This document shows, in pieces, positions 7,755-17,724 of a stretch of DNA of 61,043 bases (its first letter is position 1; each line of letters opens with the position of its first letter). The stretch lies in assembly GCA_946538425.1 (NCBI GenBank), contig CAMNGM010000001.1, forward strand, positions 1-61,043, given 5' to 3'. The position numbers and the translations under genes are program-made. The notes beneath the pieces were generated by a model, which was not told the DNA's origin, ran no database searches, and saw only the letters and a list, made by a program, of their open reading frames with translations. The DNA comes from an uncultured Bacteroidales bacterium (GTDB taxonomy: Bacteria > Bacteroidota > Bacteroidia > Bacteroidales > UBA932).

Positions 7755-10256
7755 TTACCGGTTGGCCGGGGACTCGTCGCCGAAGAGGAAGCGGGGGGTG
7801 TAGCCGCCGTAGTCGATGACGATCTTCTCGAAGACGATGCCCGGGTCCAGGGGGCGCAGGACGAGGTCCTGCCAGCCCGGGGCGGCGGGGAGGTCGGAGA
7901 CCGTCTCCACGACGCGGCGGGCAACGGTAGGGTAGTAGACCGTATGGATGTTCTTCGGATCCTCGTTCAGGCGCTCGTTGAAGAGGTGCGTCTGCTTCTG
8001 TCCCGCGAGGTCCACTTCGTAGCGGTGGCCGGTGTTGTTGAAGGCCAGGGTCGATTTGGTGATGACATGGACCTTGACGTCCGTCACGCCTTCGGGGATG
8101 CATACGCGGTAGGTGAGGGAAGCGCCCTCCGTGGGCACCGTGTAGGGCATCAAGGCGACGCCGCTCAGGGTGCGGCCCATGTCCGGAATCACGGTCCAGG
8201 CCGCGCCGGAGGCCGCTGAGGCCTGGTTCCAGTGTTCCGCCTCGATGGCCGTGAAGCCGCGCGGATCGGCCTCGAAGGCGTAGCCGCCCGGGGCGGTGTC
8301 CTCGACGCGCTCCACCCGCGGCAGGCGGTCCGCCGGGAAGTTGTCGCTCCAGCTGCGGTAGCCGATATGCTTCTGCGTCATCATCCCGTTCCATTTGCCG
8401 CCGGCGATGTCCTGGTTGTATTCCTTCATCAAGGCGGCGTCGCGGGCGAAGGCGCGCTCGACTTCGTCGGCCCAGGCGTTCGCGGCCGGGTCCTTCCGAC
8501 CGGCCAGGGCCAGGTTCATCGCCTGCGCGTAATACATCTCATAGATATTGGCCAGGGCCTGGACGGGGAAGAGGATGAGTTCCCGGTAGGCGTCCTTGCA
8601 TTCCGGCTTCAGTGCGAGGAACTGCCGCAGAGCCTCCGCTTCCAGGCGGACGAAATCGTCCCGCACCTGGCGGAACTCGCCCGAAGGCAGGTCGTAGGTT
8701 CGCCAGTCCATCATTTCCGCCGTCGTCCGGCCGCTGTACTTGCAGTACAGGTTGAGGATGCGCGCGGCCTCGTCGGCCTGGTCGTCGCCGAATGCCGCCG
8801 CGCAGAACGTGCGCGTGTGATCCGCGAGGTTGTCCACCGTGATCGATTCGGGATTCCGCGCCATCGCGAGGAACAGGTCGATGGGATATTCCATCGGCTT
8901 GAGGTCGCCGACGTTCAGGACCCAGATCTTGTCCACACCGTAGGCCCAGGTGAGCTGGAGCTGCTCCCACATGTTCTGGATGGGCGTGACATTCAGCCAC
9001 TTGGAGTTCCGCGGGGCGCCCACGTAGTCCACGTGGTAGTACAGGCCCCAGCCGCCCTTCCGCGCCCGTTCGGCCGCGGTGGGAAGCTTGCGGACGTCGC
9101 CCCAGTTGTCGTCGCTCAGGAGGATGGTCACGTCGTCCGGGACGCGGAGCCCGAGGTCATAGTACTGCTGGACCTCCTTGTACAGGGCCCATACCTGCGG
9201 CCGCTGCTCGGCGGGCTTTCCGGTCACCTTGCGGATGATCTTCCGCTGGTCCTTGATGATGGTCTCCAGGAGCTTGATGTAGTTCGCTTCCTCGCCTTCC
9301 TTGCCCAGGGCGGCGTCGCCGTCCCCGCGCATGCCGATGGTGATGAGGTCTTCCGTATCTTTCGCACGCTCAATCCCTTCCGTGAAGAACTGCGTGAGGA
9401 CCTTCTTGTTGGTCGTGTAGTCCCAGGGACCGCTGGAACGCCGCCGGCGGGCCCACTCCTGGTGGTTCCGCGCCATCGGCTCGTGATGGGAAGTGCCCAT
9501 GACGATGCCCATCTCGTCGGCCGTGCGGCTGTTTTCCGGATCGTCGGCGTAGAAGGCCCAGCCCCACATCGCCGGCCACATGAAATTGGCCCTGAGGCGC
9601 AGCAGGAGCTCGAAAACGCGCGCGTAGAAGCGGTGGTCGCCGTAGTCCGTTCCGTAGGTGTTCTTCACCCAGGAGGTCAGGCACGGGGCTTCGTCGTTGA
9701 GGAAGATGCCGCGGTAGCGGACGCCGGGCTGGGGGACCGTGTATGTCCCGGCCGCCAGGGAGATGTCCGTGCTATGGGGGACTGGTACGTCGGCCCAGTC
9801 ATACCAGGGGGAGACGCCCATCTGCTCCGAGATCTCGTAGATGCCGTAAATGGTTCCGCGCATGTCCGCGCCCGCGATGATGACCGCGTCGCCGGTCACC
9901 TGCAGGATGTAAGTCTCGTACTGCCCGTTCAAAGGGGTCGTGTCGATGCGCCCTTCCGCCGCGAGGCGCTTGATGAGCGGACTGTCCTTCGTGCCGGCGT
10001 AGAGGACGCGGGCGCCCTGCGCCGGCGCCTTGACGCCGCACACGCGGGCGAAGTCCTCGCGCAGCGTCTCCGCTGCGATGAGGACGCCCCGCTTGTCGGC
10101 AGGGTCCGTGACGACGGCGGCGGGGACGCCGTTTTCCACGAGGGAGAACCGGCCGGGGGCCGAGCGGCGCTCGGCGAGGCCCGGATGGTCGAGGGCGGCG
10201 GCGGGCAGGTTGAGCAGCAGGCAGGCCGCGAGGAGGAACGAATACGGCTTGTTCAT
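7755..10256 (-). CDS. GH115 xylan alpha-1,2-(4-O-methyl)-glucuronidase
   Basis: Signal peptide; GVSPWYDWAD, YRGIFLNDEAP, NFMWPAMW, GTSHHEPM, GMRGDGD, DDNWG, YYHVDYVGAPR, NVGDLKPME. Confidence 0.93.
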   Translation of the reverse strand: MNKPYSFLLAACLLLNLPAAALDHPGLAERRSAPGRFSLVENGVPAAVVTDPADKRGVLIAAETLREDFARVCGVKAPAQGARVLYAGTKDSPLIKRLAAEGRIDTTPLNGQYETYILQVTGDAVIIAGADMRGTIYGIYEISEQMGVSPWYDWADVPVPHSTDISLAAGTYTVPQPGVRYRGIFLNDEAPCLTSWVKNTYGTDYGDHRFYARVFELLLRLRANFMWPAMWGWAFYADDPENSRTADEMGIVMGTSHHEPMARNHQEWARRRRSSGPWDYTTNKKVLTQFFTEGIERAKDTEDLITIGMRGDGDAALGKEGEEANYIKLLETIIKDQRKIIRKVTGKPAEQRPQVWALYKEVQQYYDLGLRVPDDVTILLSDDNWGDVRKLPTAAERARKGGWGLYYHVDYVGAPRNSKWLNVTPIQNMWEQLQLTWAYGVDKIWVLNVGDLKPMEYPIDLFLAMARNPESITVDNLADHTRTFCAAAFGDDQADEAARILNLYCKYSGRTTAEMMDWRTYDLPSGEFRQVRDDFVRLEAEALRQFLALKPECKDAYRELILFPVQALANIYEMYYAQAMNLALAGRKDPAANAWADEVERAFARDAALMKEYNQDIAGGKWNGMMTQKHIGYRSWSDNFPADRLPRVERVEDTAPGGYAFEADPRGFTAIEAEHWNQASAASGAAWTVIPDMGRTLSGVALMPYTVPTEGASLTYRVCIPEGVTDVKVHVITKSTLAFNNTGHRYEVDLAGQKQTHLFNERLNEDPKNIHTVYYPTVARRVVETVSDLPAAPGWQDLVLRPLDPGIVFEKIVIDYGGYTPRFLFGDESPANR

Positions 10257-10282
10257 GGGCGGAAGCTTCGTTGTTTCGAGTG

Positions 10283-10347
10283 CAAATGTAACAAAAACGA
10301 AAGCGACGCCCCAACGATTTGGTTACAATCGCTGTTGAAAATGTTAC
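10283..10347 (-). promoter_or_regulatory. GH115 promoter with candidate HTCS direct-repeat site
   Basis: TACATTTG on minus (10283-10290); GTAAC repeated with a 21-bp period upstream (plus-strand GTTAC at 10322 and 10343). Confidence 0.5.
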
Positions 10348-10368
10348 CTGTTTGGGGATTGGACGGTC

Positions 10369-13300
10369 TTATTCAAACATTTGTTTCAAGGAGTCGTCGT
10401 CCGGATTCTCCTGGATGCGCGTCACGAATTCGCGCGGCGACATTCCGAAATACTCCCGGAAAGCGTTGGAAAAATAGGAGTGCGAGGAGAAGCCTACGCG
10501 GTACGCGACCTCGGACACATTGACCTTGTTGTTCGCGAGCAGGTAGGCGGCCTGCTTCATCCGGAAGGTCTTGATGAGCACGCCAGGGGAGTCCTTGCCG
10601 AAGGCCTTGAGCTTGCGGTTCAGGTGCACGCGGCTGATGCCCACGTCCTCGCACAGGGAAGCCACGCCGTAATCGGGATCGTCCAGGTGGTTCTGGATGC
10701 TTTCCACGATGCGGTGGAGCAGCTTGTCATCGGCGGAGCCCATCTTGATGCCGGTGTAGTCGTAGTTCAGCGCGACGCCGAACTTCTCCTTCACCGCCTC
10801 GCGGCTGGAAATCACCTGCGCGATGCTGCTCAGGAGCAGCTCCACGGAAATGGGCTTGGAGAGGAACTTGTCGGCGCCGCTGTCGCTGGCGGCCTGCTGC
10901 TCCTCGACGCCGTTCTGGCCGGTCAGGATGAGGACGGGGATGTGGCGCGTGGCGTCGTTCGCCCGGATGCGGGCGCACAGGTCGCTGCCGCTTTCGCCGG
11001 GCATCACCAGGTCGGTGACCACGGCATCCGGAAGTGTCCCTGATACCGCGTCCCAGGCCGATTTCGCATCGGAACAGGCCGTCACGTTGTACCGGTTCCG
11101 CAGCAGGTTGCGGAGGTATTCGCGGGTGTCGTCGTCATCGTCCACGACCACCACGCTCTTCCGGGCGCGCGCGGCCTTGTCGGCCGGCGCCTCCTCCTGC
11201 GTGAACGTCTGGTCCTCGTGCTCCTGCGCGGAAGGGGACTTGATATAGAGGTCCTTGTGGTGCGAGGTGTAGGAGAGTTCCTGCTCATTCAGGTGGTCCT
11301 TGCCGACGGGCACGAGCACGCGGAACACCACGCCGTCGTCTTCGTTTTCGGCGGAAATCTGCCCGTGGTGCAGCTCCACGAGCATTTTCGTCAGGTTGAG
11401 GCCCACGCCCGAGCCCGAATTGGCATCGTGCGGGTTCACCTGCACGAAGCGGTCGAAGACGTGGCTGATCCAGGCCTCCTCGATCCGGCTGCCGGAGTTG
11501 AAGATGCGCACCTGGACATACTCCTTGACATTGGCCTGCAGTTCGCCGCGGTTAGGGGTCGGCGCGGACACGTCCACGCGGATGCGCCCGCCGTCCGGCG
11601 TGTGCTTGAACGCGTTCGACAGGATGTTGTACACGATCTTGTCGAAGTTGCCCTGGTCGATCCAGAGCGTCTCCTCCGGATGCGCGGAGGTGAGGGAGAA
11701 GTCGATCCGCTTGCTCTCCGCGAGCTTGCCGAAGGACTGCATGATGTCGCGGATGAAATAGACGATGTCCGTCTCGCGGAAGAATAGCTGCATCTGGCCG
11801 GCGTCGATCTTCCGCAGGTCCATCAGCTGGTTCACGATACGGTTGATACGCAGGCAGTTGCGGTACATCAGGTTGTATGTGTCCTTGCGGACGGGATCCT
11901 GTTCGGCTTCCCGGATGGCCCCCAGCGGGGCCATCACGAGGTTCAGCGGGGTGCGGATCTCGTGGGTGAGGTTCGTGAACAGGCCCAGCCGCAGCTCCTT
12001 CAGTTCGGCCTCTTTCTTCTCCTGGGCCTGGCGCCGGCGCTGCCGGATGAAGTGCAGGAGCAGCAGGATGATTCCTGCGAGAATGGCGGCATATACGGCC
12101 CAGGCCCATCCGGTCAGGAACCACGGCGCTTCGACGCGCAGGTCCACGCTGCGCTCGGAGAAGACCTCGGGCGAGCCGTCGAAATAGGCCTTGACCTCGA
12201 AGCGGTAGCGGCCCGGCCGCACATTGGTATACGTGGCCATCCGCAGGAGCGAAGGCGCGGTTTTCCAGTCGCTCTCGAAGCCCGAGAGCCGGTAGTCGAA
12301 CCGCAGGCGCTGCGGATTGGTGTACTCCGGGACGGAGAACTCCAGCGAGAACATGTCCACGCCGCGTGGGATGCGGATTCGGGTAGCTTCCGATATATGC
12401 TTGTCAATCAGGTTGTTGCTACCTTTTGCGGGATCGTAGACGACGGGCTGGTCCAGCATCGTCAGGCGCGCCAGCGCGACCTGGGGCATCCGGTCGCCGC
12501 CGCTGTCCACCATCAGCGGCGAGAAACTCGTCAGGCCGCCGTTGCCGCCGAAATAGAGCCGTCCGGACGGCGCCTTGAAGGCGCACCCGGTGCGGAATTC
12601 ATTGCCCTGCAGGCCGTCGTAGGACTGGAAGACGGTGACCTTGCCGGTTCTCGGCGAGAGCCGGTTCAGGCCGCTGGACGTGGAAACCCACATATCGCCG
12701 CCGTCGGCGCTCAGGATACCCCGGATCACATTGTTGGAGAGGCCGTCCTGCTGCGTGTACCGACGCAGTTCCCGCGCCGTTTCATTCCATTGGAAGAGCC
12801 CCTCTTCGGTGCCGAACCAGATCGACCCGTCCGCGCTGCTGCAGATGTCGTAGATGCGGGGCGGGAGGTCGTTCCCGGCGGTCCCGCTGAAGGGGATGAT
12901 GCGGTCCAGCGAAGGGTCGTAGCAGAAAGGGCCGTTGTAGCTGCCCACCCACAGCCGGCCGGATGCATCCAGATGCAAGGCGCTGATCCAGCGGTAATCC
13001 TCATCCACCTGCCGGGCCACGGGTTTCCGGGTTTTCGCGTCAATGACGGTGAGACCGGCGCCCGAGGTGCCCACGTACAGCAGGTCCCGGGCCGGGTCGT
13101 ACACGATCGTCCGGATCCGGTCCGTGCCCACTTGGTCCGCATAGGGGTAGGGTTTCAGTGTGGCGCCGCCTTCGATGTAATAGAGACCGCCCAGATAGGT
13201 TCCGAGCCAGATGGTGCCGTACCGGTCGCCGGTTACGGCCAGGATGGCGTTGTTGTTAAGGGCGGAATTGTCCCGCGTGAACACGCGCTCGGCCTGCCGC

Positions 13301-14499
13301 TTGCGGCCGCCGGCCGCCGGCCGGCAGAACAGGCCGCCGCCGTCCGTGGCGACCCACAGGTTCTGGCCGTCCTCATAGACGTCCGTGACGACGGTATTGT
13401 TCTCGCCCGGCATCCCGCGGGTGCTGAATCCCATGTAGGAGAAGCCGAAACGCGATTTCGGGGCCACCAGGACGCCGGTCTGGTACAGGCCCAGCCAGAG
13501 GTTTCCTTCGGAGTCCCGGAGGCTGGAAGTGGCTTTCCAGTTGCCGGTTTCCTGCCGGATGGACGAGACGAGGGCCGTCCGGACTTCCTCCGTTTCCGTG
13601 TCGAAGTGGAGCAGACCGCCGTCCTCGTTCCCCACGAGGAACAGGCGCTCTTCGCCCGAGGCGGTTTGCGAGTCGAAGATGACGGACGCGCCGACGGTCG
13701 TGGCCGCCCGCCGCCCGGAAGCCTTCCGGATGAGGCCGGAACCGGCTTTGAGCAGCAGCAGGCCTTCCGTGCTTCCCAGCAGGATGTCGCCCGTGACCGG
13801 GTCTTCGGCCATGTCGTTGACGCGGATCAGGTCGCCAGCTTTCTGCAACTCCGGGCTCCACGCCAGCCCAGTCGCAGGCTCCAGGGTGATGGCGTCCAGG
13901 ACGACGGGCTTGCTGTCGCCCGGCAGGATCCACAGCCGTCCGGAAGCGTCCAGGAACAGGGTATGGATGTAATCTGTATGCAGGGTCCGGTTGATGGTTT
14001 CCCGTTTCTCCGGAAGTTCCTGCCGGGTTTCACTGTCGATGACGAACACGCCCGCGCCGCCCGTGCCCACGATCAGGGTACCGGCGGCCGGAACCTCCAG
14101 GAGCCGTCCGATATAAGGATTCACAGGCGTATCCGGGGTACGGTGCAGGTCGAAATGCGTGAAGGAGGAGTATTCGGAATCAAGGATGTCCAGGCCGGCG
14201 GCCGTCCCGATCCACTTCGTGCCCCGGCCGTCTTCGACCATGTCGATGACGGAGGAGCTGGACAGGCAGTTCGCGCTTTCCCGGTCGTGCTGGTAGGTCT
14301 CGAACCGCAGCCCGTCGAAGCGGACCAGCCCGCCTTCGGTGCAGATCCATATATAATCGGTGCGGTCCTGGTAGATCCGGTTCACCTGCGAGTTGGGGAG
14401 ACCTAATTCCGGCAGGTACAGGCGGGCGTTCTGGCCCGCCGCCGGCAGGAATGCGCCCAAAAGGAGCGCGGCCGAAAGCAAAAATCGTTTCATCGTCAT
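10369..14499 (-). CDS. Hybrid two-component sensor kinase/response regulator (HTCS, XynR-like)
   Basis: Signal peptide (likely start 14499 or 14493); Reg_prop beta-propeller repeats; Y_Y_Y domain; TM helix; HisKA FTNLTHEIRTPL; HATPase (NILSNAFKHT, GSGVGL); receiver (DLVMP); AraC HTH (EVAYRVGFSSHSYFS). Confidence 0.95.
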   Translation of the reverse strand: MTMKRFLLSAALLLGAFLPAAGQNARLYLPELGLPNSQVNRIYQDRTDYIWICTEGGLVRFDGLRFETYQHDRESANCLSSSSVIDMVEDGRGTKWIGTAAGLDILDSEYSSFTHFDLHRTPDTPVNPYIGRLLEVPAAGTLIVGTGGAGVFVIDSETRQELPEKRETINRTLHTDYIHTLFLDASGRLWILPGDSKPVVLDAITLEPATGLAWSPELQKAGDLIRVNDMAEDPVTGDILLGSTEGLLLLKAGSGLIRKASGRRAATTVGASVIFDSQTASGEERLFLVGNEDGGLLHFDTETEEVRTALVSSIRQETGNWKATSSLRDSEGNLWLGLYQTGVLVAPKSRFGFSYMGFSTRGMPGENNTVVTDVYEDGQNLWVATDGGGLFCRPAAGGRKRQAERVFTRDNSALNNNAILAVTGDRYGTIWLGTYLGGLYYIEGGATLKPYPYADQVGTDRIRTIVYDPARDLLYVGTSGAGLTVIDAKTRKPVARQVDEDYRWISALHLDASGRLWVGSYNGPFCYDPSLDRIIPFSGTAGNDLPPRIYDICSSADGSIWFGTEEGLFQWNETARELRRYTQQDGLSNNVIRGILSADGGDMWVSTSSGLNRLSPRTGKVTVFQSYDGLQGNEFRTGCAFKAPSGRLYFGGNGGLTSFSPLMVDSGGDRMPQVALARLTMLDQPVVYDPAKGSNNLIDKHISEATRIRIPRGVDMFSLEFSVPEYTNPQRLRFDYRLSGFESDWKTAPSLLRMATYTNVRPGRYRFEVKAYFDGSPEVFSERSVDLRVEAPWFLTGWAWAVYAAILAGIILLLLHFIRQRRRQAQEKKEAELKELRLGLFTNLTHEIRTPLNLVMAPLGAIREAEQDPVRKDTYNLMYRNCLRINRIVNQLMDLRKIDAGQMQLFFRETDIVYFIRDIMQSFGKLAESKRIDFSLTSAHPEETLWIDQGNFDKIVYNILSNAFKHTPDGGRIRVDVSAPTPNRGELQANVKEYVQVRIFNSGSRIEEAWISHVFDRFVQVNPHDANSGSGVGLNLTKMLVELHHGQISAENEDDGVVFRVLVPVGKDHLNEQELSYTSHHKDLYIKSPSAQEHEDQTFTQEEAPADKAARARKSVVVVDDDDDTREYLRNLLRNRYNVTACSDAKSAWDAVSGTLPDAVVTDLVMPGESGSDLCARIRANDATRHIPVLILTGQNGVEEQQAASDSGADKFLSKPISVELLLSSIAQVISSREAVKEKFGVALNYDYTGIKMGSADDKLLHRIVESIQNHLDDPDYGVASLCEDVGISRVHLNRKLKAFGKDSPGVLIKTFRMKQAAYLLANNKVNVSEVAYRVGFSSHSYFSNAFREYFGMSPREFVTRIQENPDDDSLKQMFE

Positions 14500-14516
14500 T
14501 TTTGGCTCATCTGTTA

Positions 14517-14617
14517 CAAAAATACAAATTCTTTTTGTCTCGCAAGGGCTGTGGTTCAAAAACGACAACTATTGTTACATCCCACGGTTTCAAGCGTTTG
14601 TAAAGATGATACATTTG
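14517..14617. promoter_or_regulatory. Divergent promoters HTCS1 / susC1
   Basis: TATTTTTG on minus (14517-14524); TACATTTG on plus (14610-14617). Confidence 0.6.
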
Positions 14618-14667
14618 CAAAAACGCAAACCGACAACCAAATCAATCAACTTTTAATTTTTTACACT

Positions 14668-17600
14668 ATGCGATTTAACCTAAAGAAAACGCTTGCATTC
14701 GTGGCAGCCGGCCTGATGCTCCCGCTCTTCGCCCTGGCGCAGAGCGTCCGCGTCAGCGGTACGGTCACGGACCAGAGCGGTGCGCCTGTCCCGGGCGCGG
14801 CCGTGATGGTCGTGGATTCTTCCAACGGCGCCGTCACGGGCGTCGATGGTACGTATTCCCTCCAGGCGGGATCCTCCGCAATTCTCGAGGTCTCCTGCAT
14901 GGGCTACACCACCATCCGCGTTCCCGTCCAGGGTCGCAGCCGGATTGACATCGTCCTCGAAGATGATGCCGAGCAGCTCGAAGCCACGGTCGTCATCGGT
15001 TACGGTACGGCCCGCCGCCAGGATGTGACCGGTTCCATCGTGTCCATGGGCGGCAACGACTTGCGCCAGGTTCCGGCCAATGACGTATCCTATGCCCTGA
15101 TGGGCCGTGTCGCCGGCGTGGATATGCAGTCCACCTCTTCCCGACCGGGCGAATCCGCTACCATCCGTATCCGCGGCGAGCGTTCCCTTTCCGCGTCGAA
15201 CGACCCGCTCATCGTGCTGGACGGCATTCCTTTCATGGGAAGCCTGACGGAAATCTCCACCAACGACATCAAGAGCATCGACATTCTCAAGGATGCCGCG
15301 TCCACGGCCATCTACGGTTCCCGCGGCGCCAATGGTGTCATCCTGATCAGTACCTATAAGGGAACGGTCGGCCAGGCCCCGGTGGTTTCCTTCAATTCCT
15401 ATGCGTCCCTGAAGACTCCGATCAAGTATCCGATGATGACCGGCGCGAAATACGTCCGTCTCCGTCAGATGGCCGGGAAGTATGCGAATTCCCTCGACGA
15501 ATCGGACGATACGGTCACGGACTGGCAGGACATGGTGCTCCAGAACGGTTACACCCAGAACTACGAGGTGAGCGTCGCCGGCGGCACCAAAGGCGGCAGC
15601 TACCGCTTCGGCACTTCTTATTTCAAGGATCACGCGACCTTGCCCACGCAGGCGTACAGCCGCATCTCGCTGAACGGCAGCATCGACCAGAAGATCGGCA
15701 GATACTTCCAGGTCGGGTTCTCCACCCGGACCCAGTACGGTGCCAATACCGGTAACCAGGTCGGCCTGAACCTCCAGCTCTCCTCGCTCGTCAACCCTTA
15801 CAACGAGGACGGTTCCCTGAAGTACCGCGTCAACATGCCGATCGACGCCAACTGGTACATCATGGACCGCGACCGGATCGAGCAGCTGACCGCCGCCGGT
15901 ATCTACAACAGCGAGTCCAACACGGTCAGTACCTATAACAACGGTTTCCTCAAATTCAACTTCCCGTGGCTCGAGGGTCTCTCCTACAAGATCAGCGTCG
16001 GCCTGAACTATCGGCGCAGCCGCAGCGGCTCCTTCACGGGTCAGGGTGTCGGCGAATCGACCGAAACGTCTCCGAACTCCGCCTCCTGGTCCTTCAACGA
16101 GAGCTCCAACTGGACCGTCGAGAACCTGCTGAGCTACGACCGCATGTTCGCCAACAAGCACCGGGTCAACTTCGTGGCCCTCTATTCCGCCGAGCAGACC
16201 ACTTCCAACGGCCAGAGCCTCAACGGCAAGAACATCCCGAACGAACTCTTCCAGTACTACAACATCGGCTCCGCCCTGGCCTCCGACATCAAGGTCAACC
16301 CGGGCAGCTACACGCAGTTCGGCTTGATTTCCTATATGGCCCGTCTGATGTACACCTATGATGACCGCTATATGATCTCCGCGGCCGTCCGTTCGGACGC
16401 CTCCTCCCGCCTGGCTCCCGGCCACCAGTGGCACACCTATCCGGCCGTTTCCGTCGGTTGGAACATCCACAACGAGCCTTTCATGGCGGGCACCCGCGGC
16501 TGGCTCGACGAGCTGAAGCTCCGCGTCGGCTACGGCGTGACTTCCAACCAGGCCGTGTCGCCGTATTCCACGCTGGGTTCCCTGTCCACCAAGGTGTATA
16601 ATTTCAACGAGGAGAAATACGCCACCGGCTACTATGTCTCTTCGCTTCCCAACACCGAACTCGGCTGGGAGTACTCCAACACCTGGAACTTCGGTCTGGA
16701 CTATTCCTTCTTCAAGGGCCGTCTCCGCGGTACGGTCGAGTACTATCGCGTCGACACCAAGGACATCCTGCTCAGCCTGAGCCTGCCCGCTTCGGCCGGC
16801 GTTTCCCGCACCACCGCCAACATCGGCGCCACGCGGAACCGGGGTGTTGAATTCACGGTCAACGGCACCATCATTGAACGCGGTGACTGGCGCTGGGAAG
16901 CCGGCCTGAACATCTACGCCAACCGGAACAAGCTGGTCGCCCTCGCGGACGGCACGAAAGAGGACAAGGGCAACCGCTGGTTCGTCGGCTATCCTCTCCA
17001 GTGCATCTATGACTATGAATATGACGGCCTCTGGCAGGAGGGTGATCCGTACATGGACATCCTCGAGCCCAGCAATGTGGATGCGGTCACCGGTTACAAG
17101 GGATCGCTCGGTATGATCAAGGTCAAGTACCATGGCGACTACAATGCCGACGGTTCCCCGACTCGCGCCATCAACTCCAACGACCAGGTCCCGTACAGCG
17201 CCGAGGCCCTTTTCATGGGCGGCTTCAACACCCGCGTCGCGTGGAAGAATCTCGACCTGTCCATCATCGGCGACTTCCAGGCCGGCGGTATCTTCACGTC
17301 CTCGCTGCACACCGGATATGACAACCTGATGAGCGGCCGTCGCGGCCAGATCGATGTCGATTACTGGACGCCGGAGAAGCCGAACGTCAAATACCCGCGC
17401 CCGGGCTCCACGATCGTCACCGACTCGCCCAAGTACGCGTCCCTGATGGGTATGTTCGACGGCACTTACGCCAAGATCCAGACCATCACGCTCGGTTACA
17501 CCATGCACCGCCTGCCTGTGTTCAGGAAGATGGGTGTCAGCAATCTCCGGGTCTATTTCACCGCCCAGAATCCTTTTGTGATCTACTCCGCTTTCACCGC

Positions 17601-17712
17601 CGAAACCGGTCTCATCCACCAGGGTAACGCCCGTTCCGGCCGTATGGCGAGCTTCTCCAACAGCACTCCGCAGACGCACAACTATCTGCTCGGTATCAAT
17701 TTGACTTTCTAA
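14668..17712 (+). CDS. susC: SusC/RagA TonB-dependent outer membrane transporter (PUL-A)
   Basis: Signal peptide from MRFNLKK; N-terminal CarboxypepD-like domain; VVIGYGT; DILKDAASTAIYGSRGANGVILI; RSDASSRL; LGWE; ends GINLTF. Confidence 0.96.
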   Translation: MRFNLKKTLAFVAAGLMLPLFALAQSVRVSGTVTDQSGAPVPGAAVMVVDSSNGAVTGVDGTYSLQAGSSAILEVSCMGYTTIRVPVQGRSRIDIVLEDDAEQLEATVVIGYGTARRQDVTGSIVSMGGNDLRQVPANDVSYALMGRVAGVDMQSTSSRPGESATIRIRGERSLSASNDPLIVLDGIPFMGSLTEISTNDIKSIDILKDAASTAIYGSRGANGVILISTYKGTVGQAPVVSFNSYASLKTPIKYPMMTGAKYVRLRQMAGKYANSLDESDDTVTDWQDMVLQNGYTQNYEVSVAGGTKGGSYRFGTSYFKDHATLPTQAYSRISLNGSIDQKIGRYFQVGFSTRTQYGANTGNQVGLNLQLSSLVNPYNEDGSLKYRVNMPIDANWYIMDRDRIEQLTAAGIYNSESNTVSTYNNGFLKFNFPWLEGLSYKISVGLNYRRSRSGSFTGQGVGESTETSPNSASWSFNESSNWTVENLLSYDRMFANKHRVNFVALYSAEQTTSNGQSLNGKNIPNELFQYYNIGSALASDIKVNPGSYTQFGLISYMARLMYTYDDRYMISAAVRSDASSRLAPGHQWHTYPAVSVGWNIHNEPFMAGTRGWLDELKLRVGYGVTSNQAVSPYSTLGSLSTKVYNFNEEKYATGYYVSSLPNTELGWEYSNTWNFGLDYSFFKGRLRGTVEYYRVDTKDILLSLSLPASAGVSRTTANIGATRNRGVEFTVNGTIIERGDWRWEAGLNIYANRNKLVALADGTKEDKGNRWFVGYPLQCIYDYEYDGLWQEGDPYMDILEPSNVDAVTGYKGSLGMIKVKYHGDYNADGSPTRAINSNDQVPYSAEALFMGGFNTRVAWKNLDLSIIGDFQAGGIFTSSLHTGYDNLMSGRRGQIDVDYWTPEKPNVKYPRPGSTIVTDSPKYASLMGMFDGTYAKIQTITLGYTMHRLPVFRKMGVSNLRVYFTAQNPFVIYSAFTAETGLIHQGNARSGRMASFSNSTPQTHNYLLGINLTF

Positions 17713-17724
17713 CAGCGCAACGAT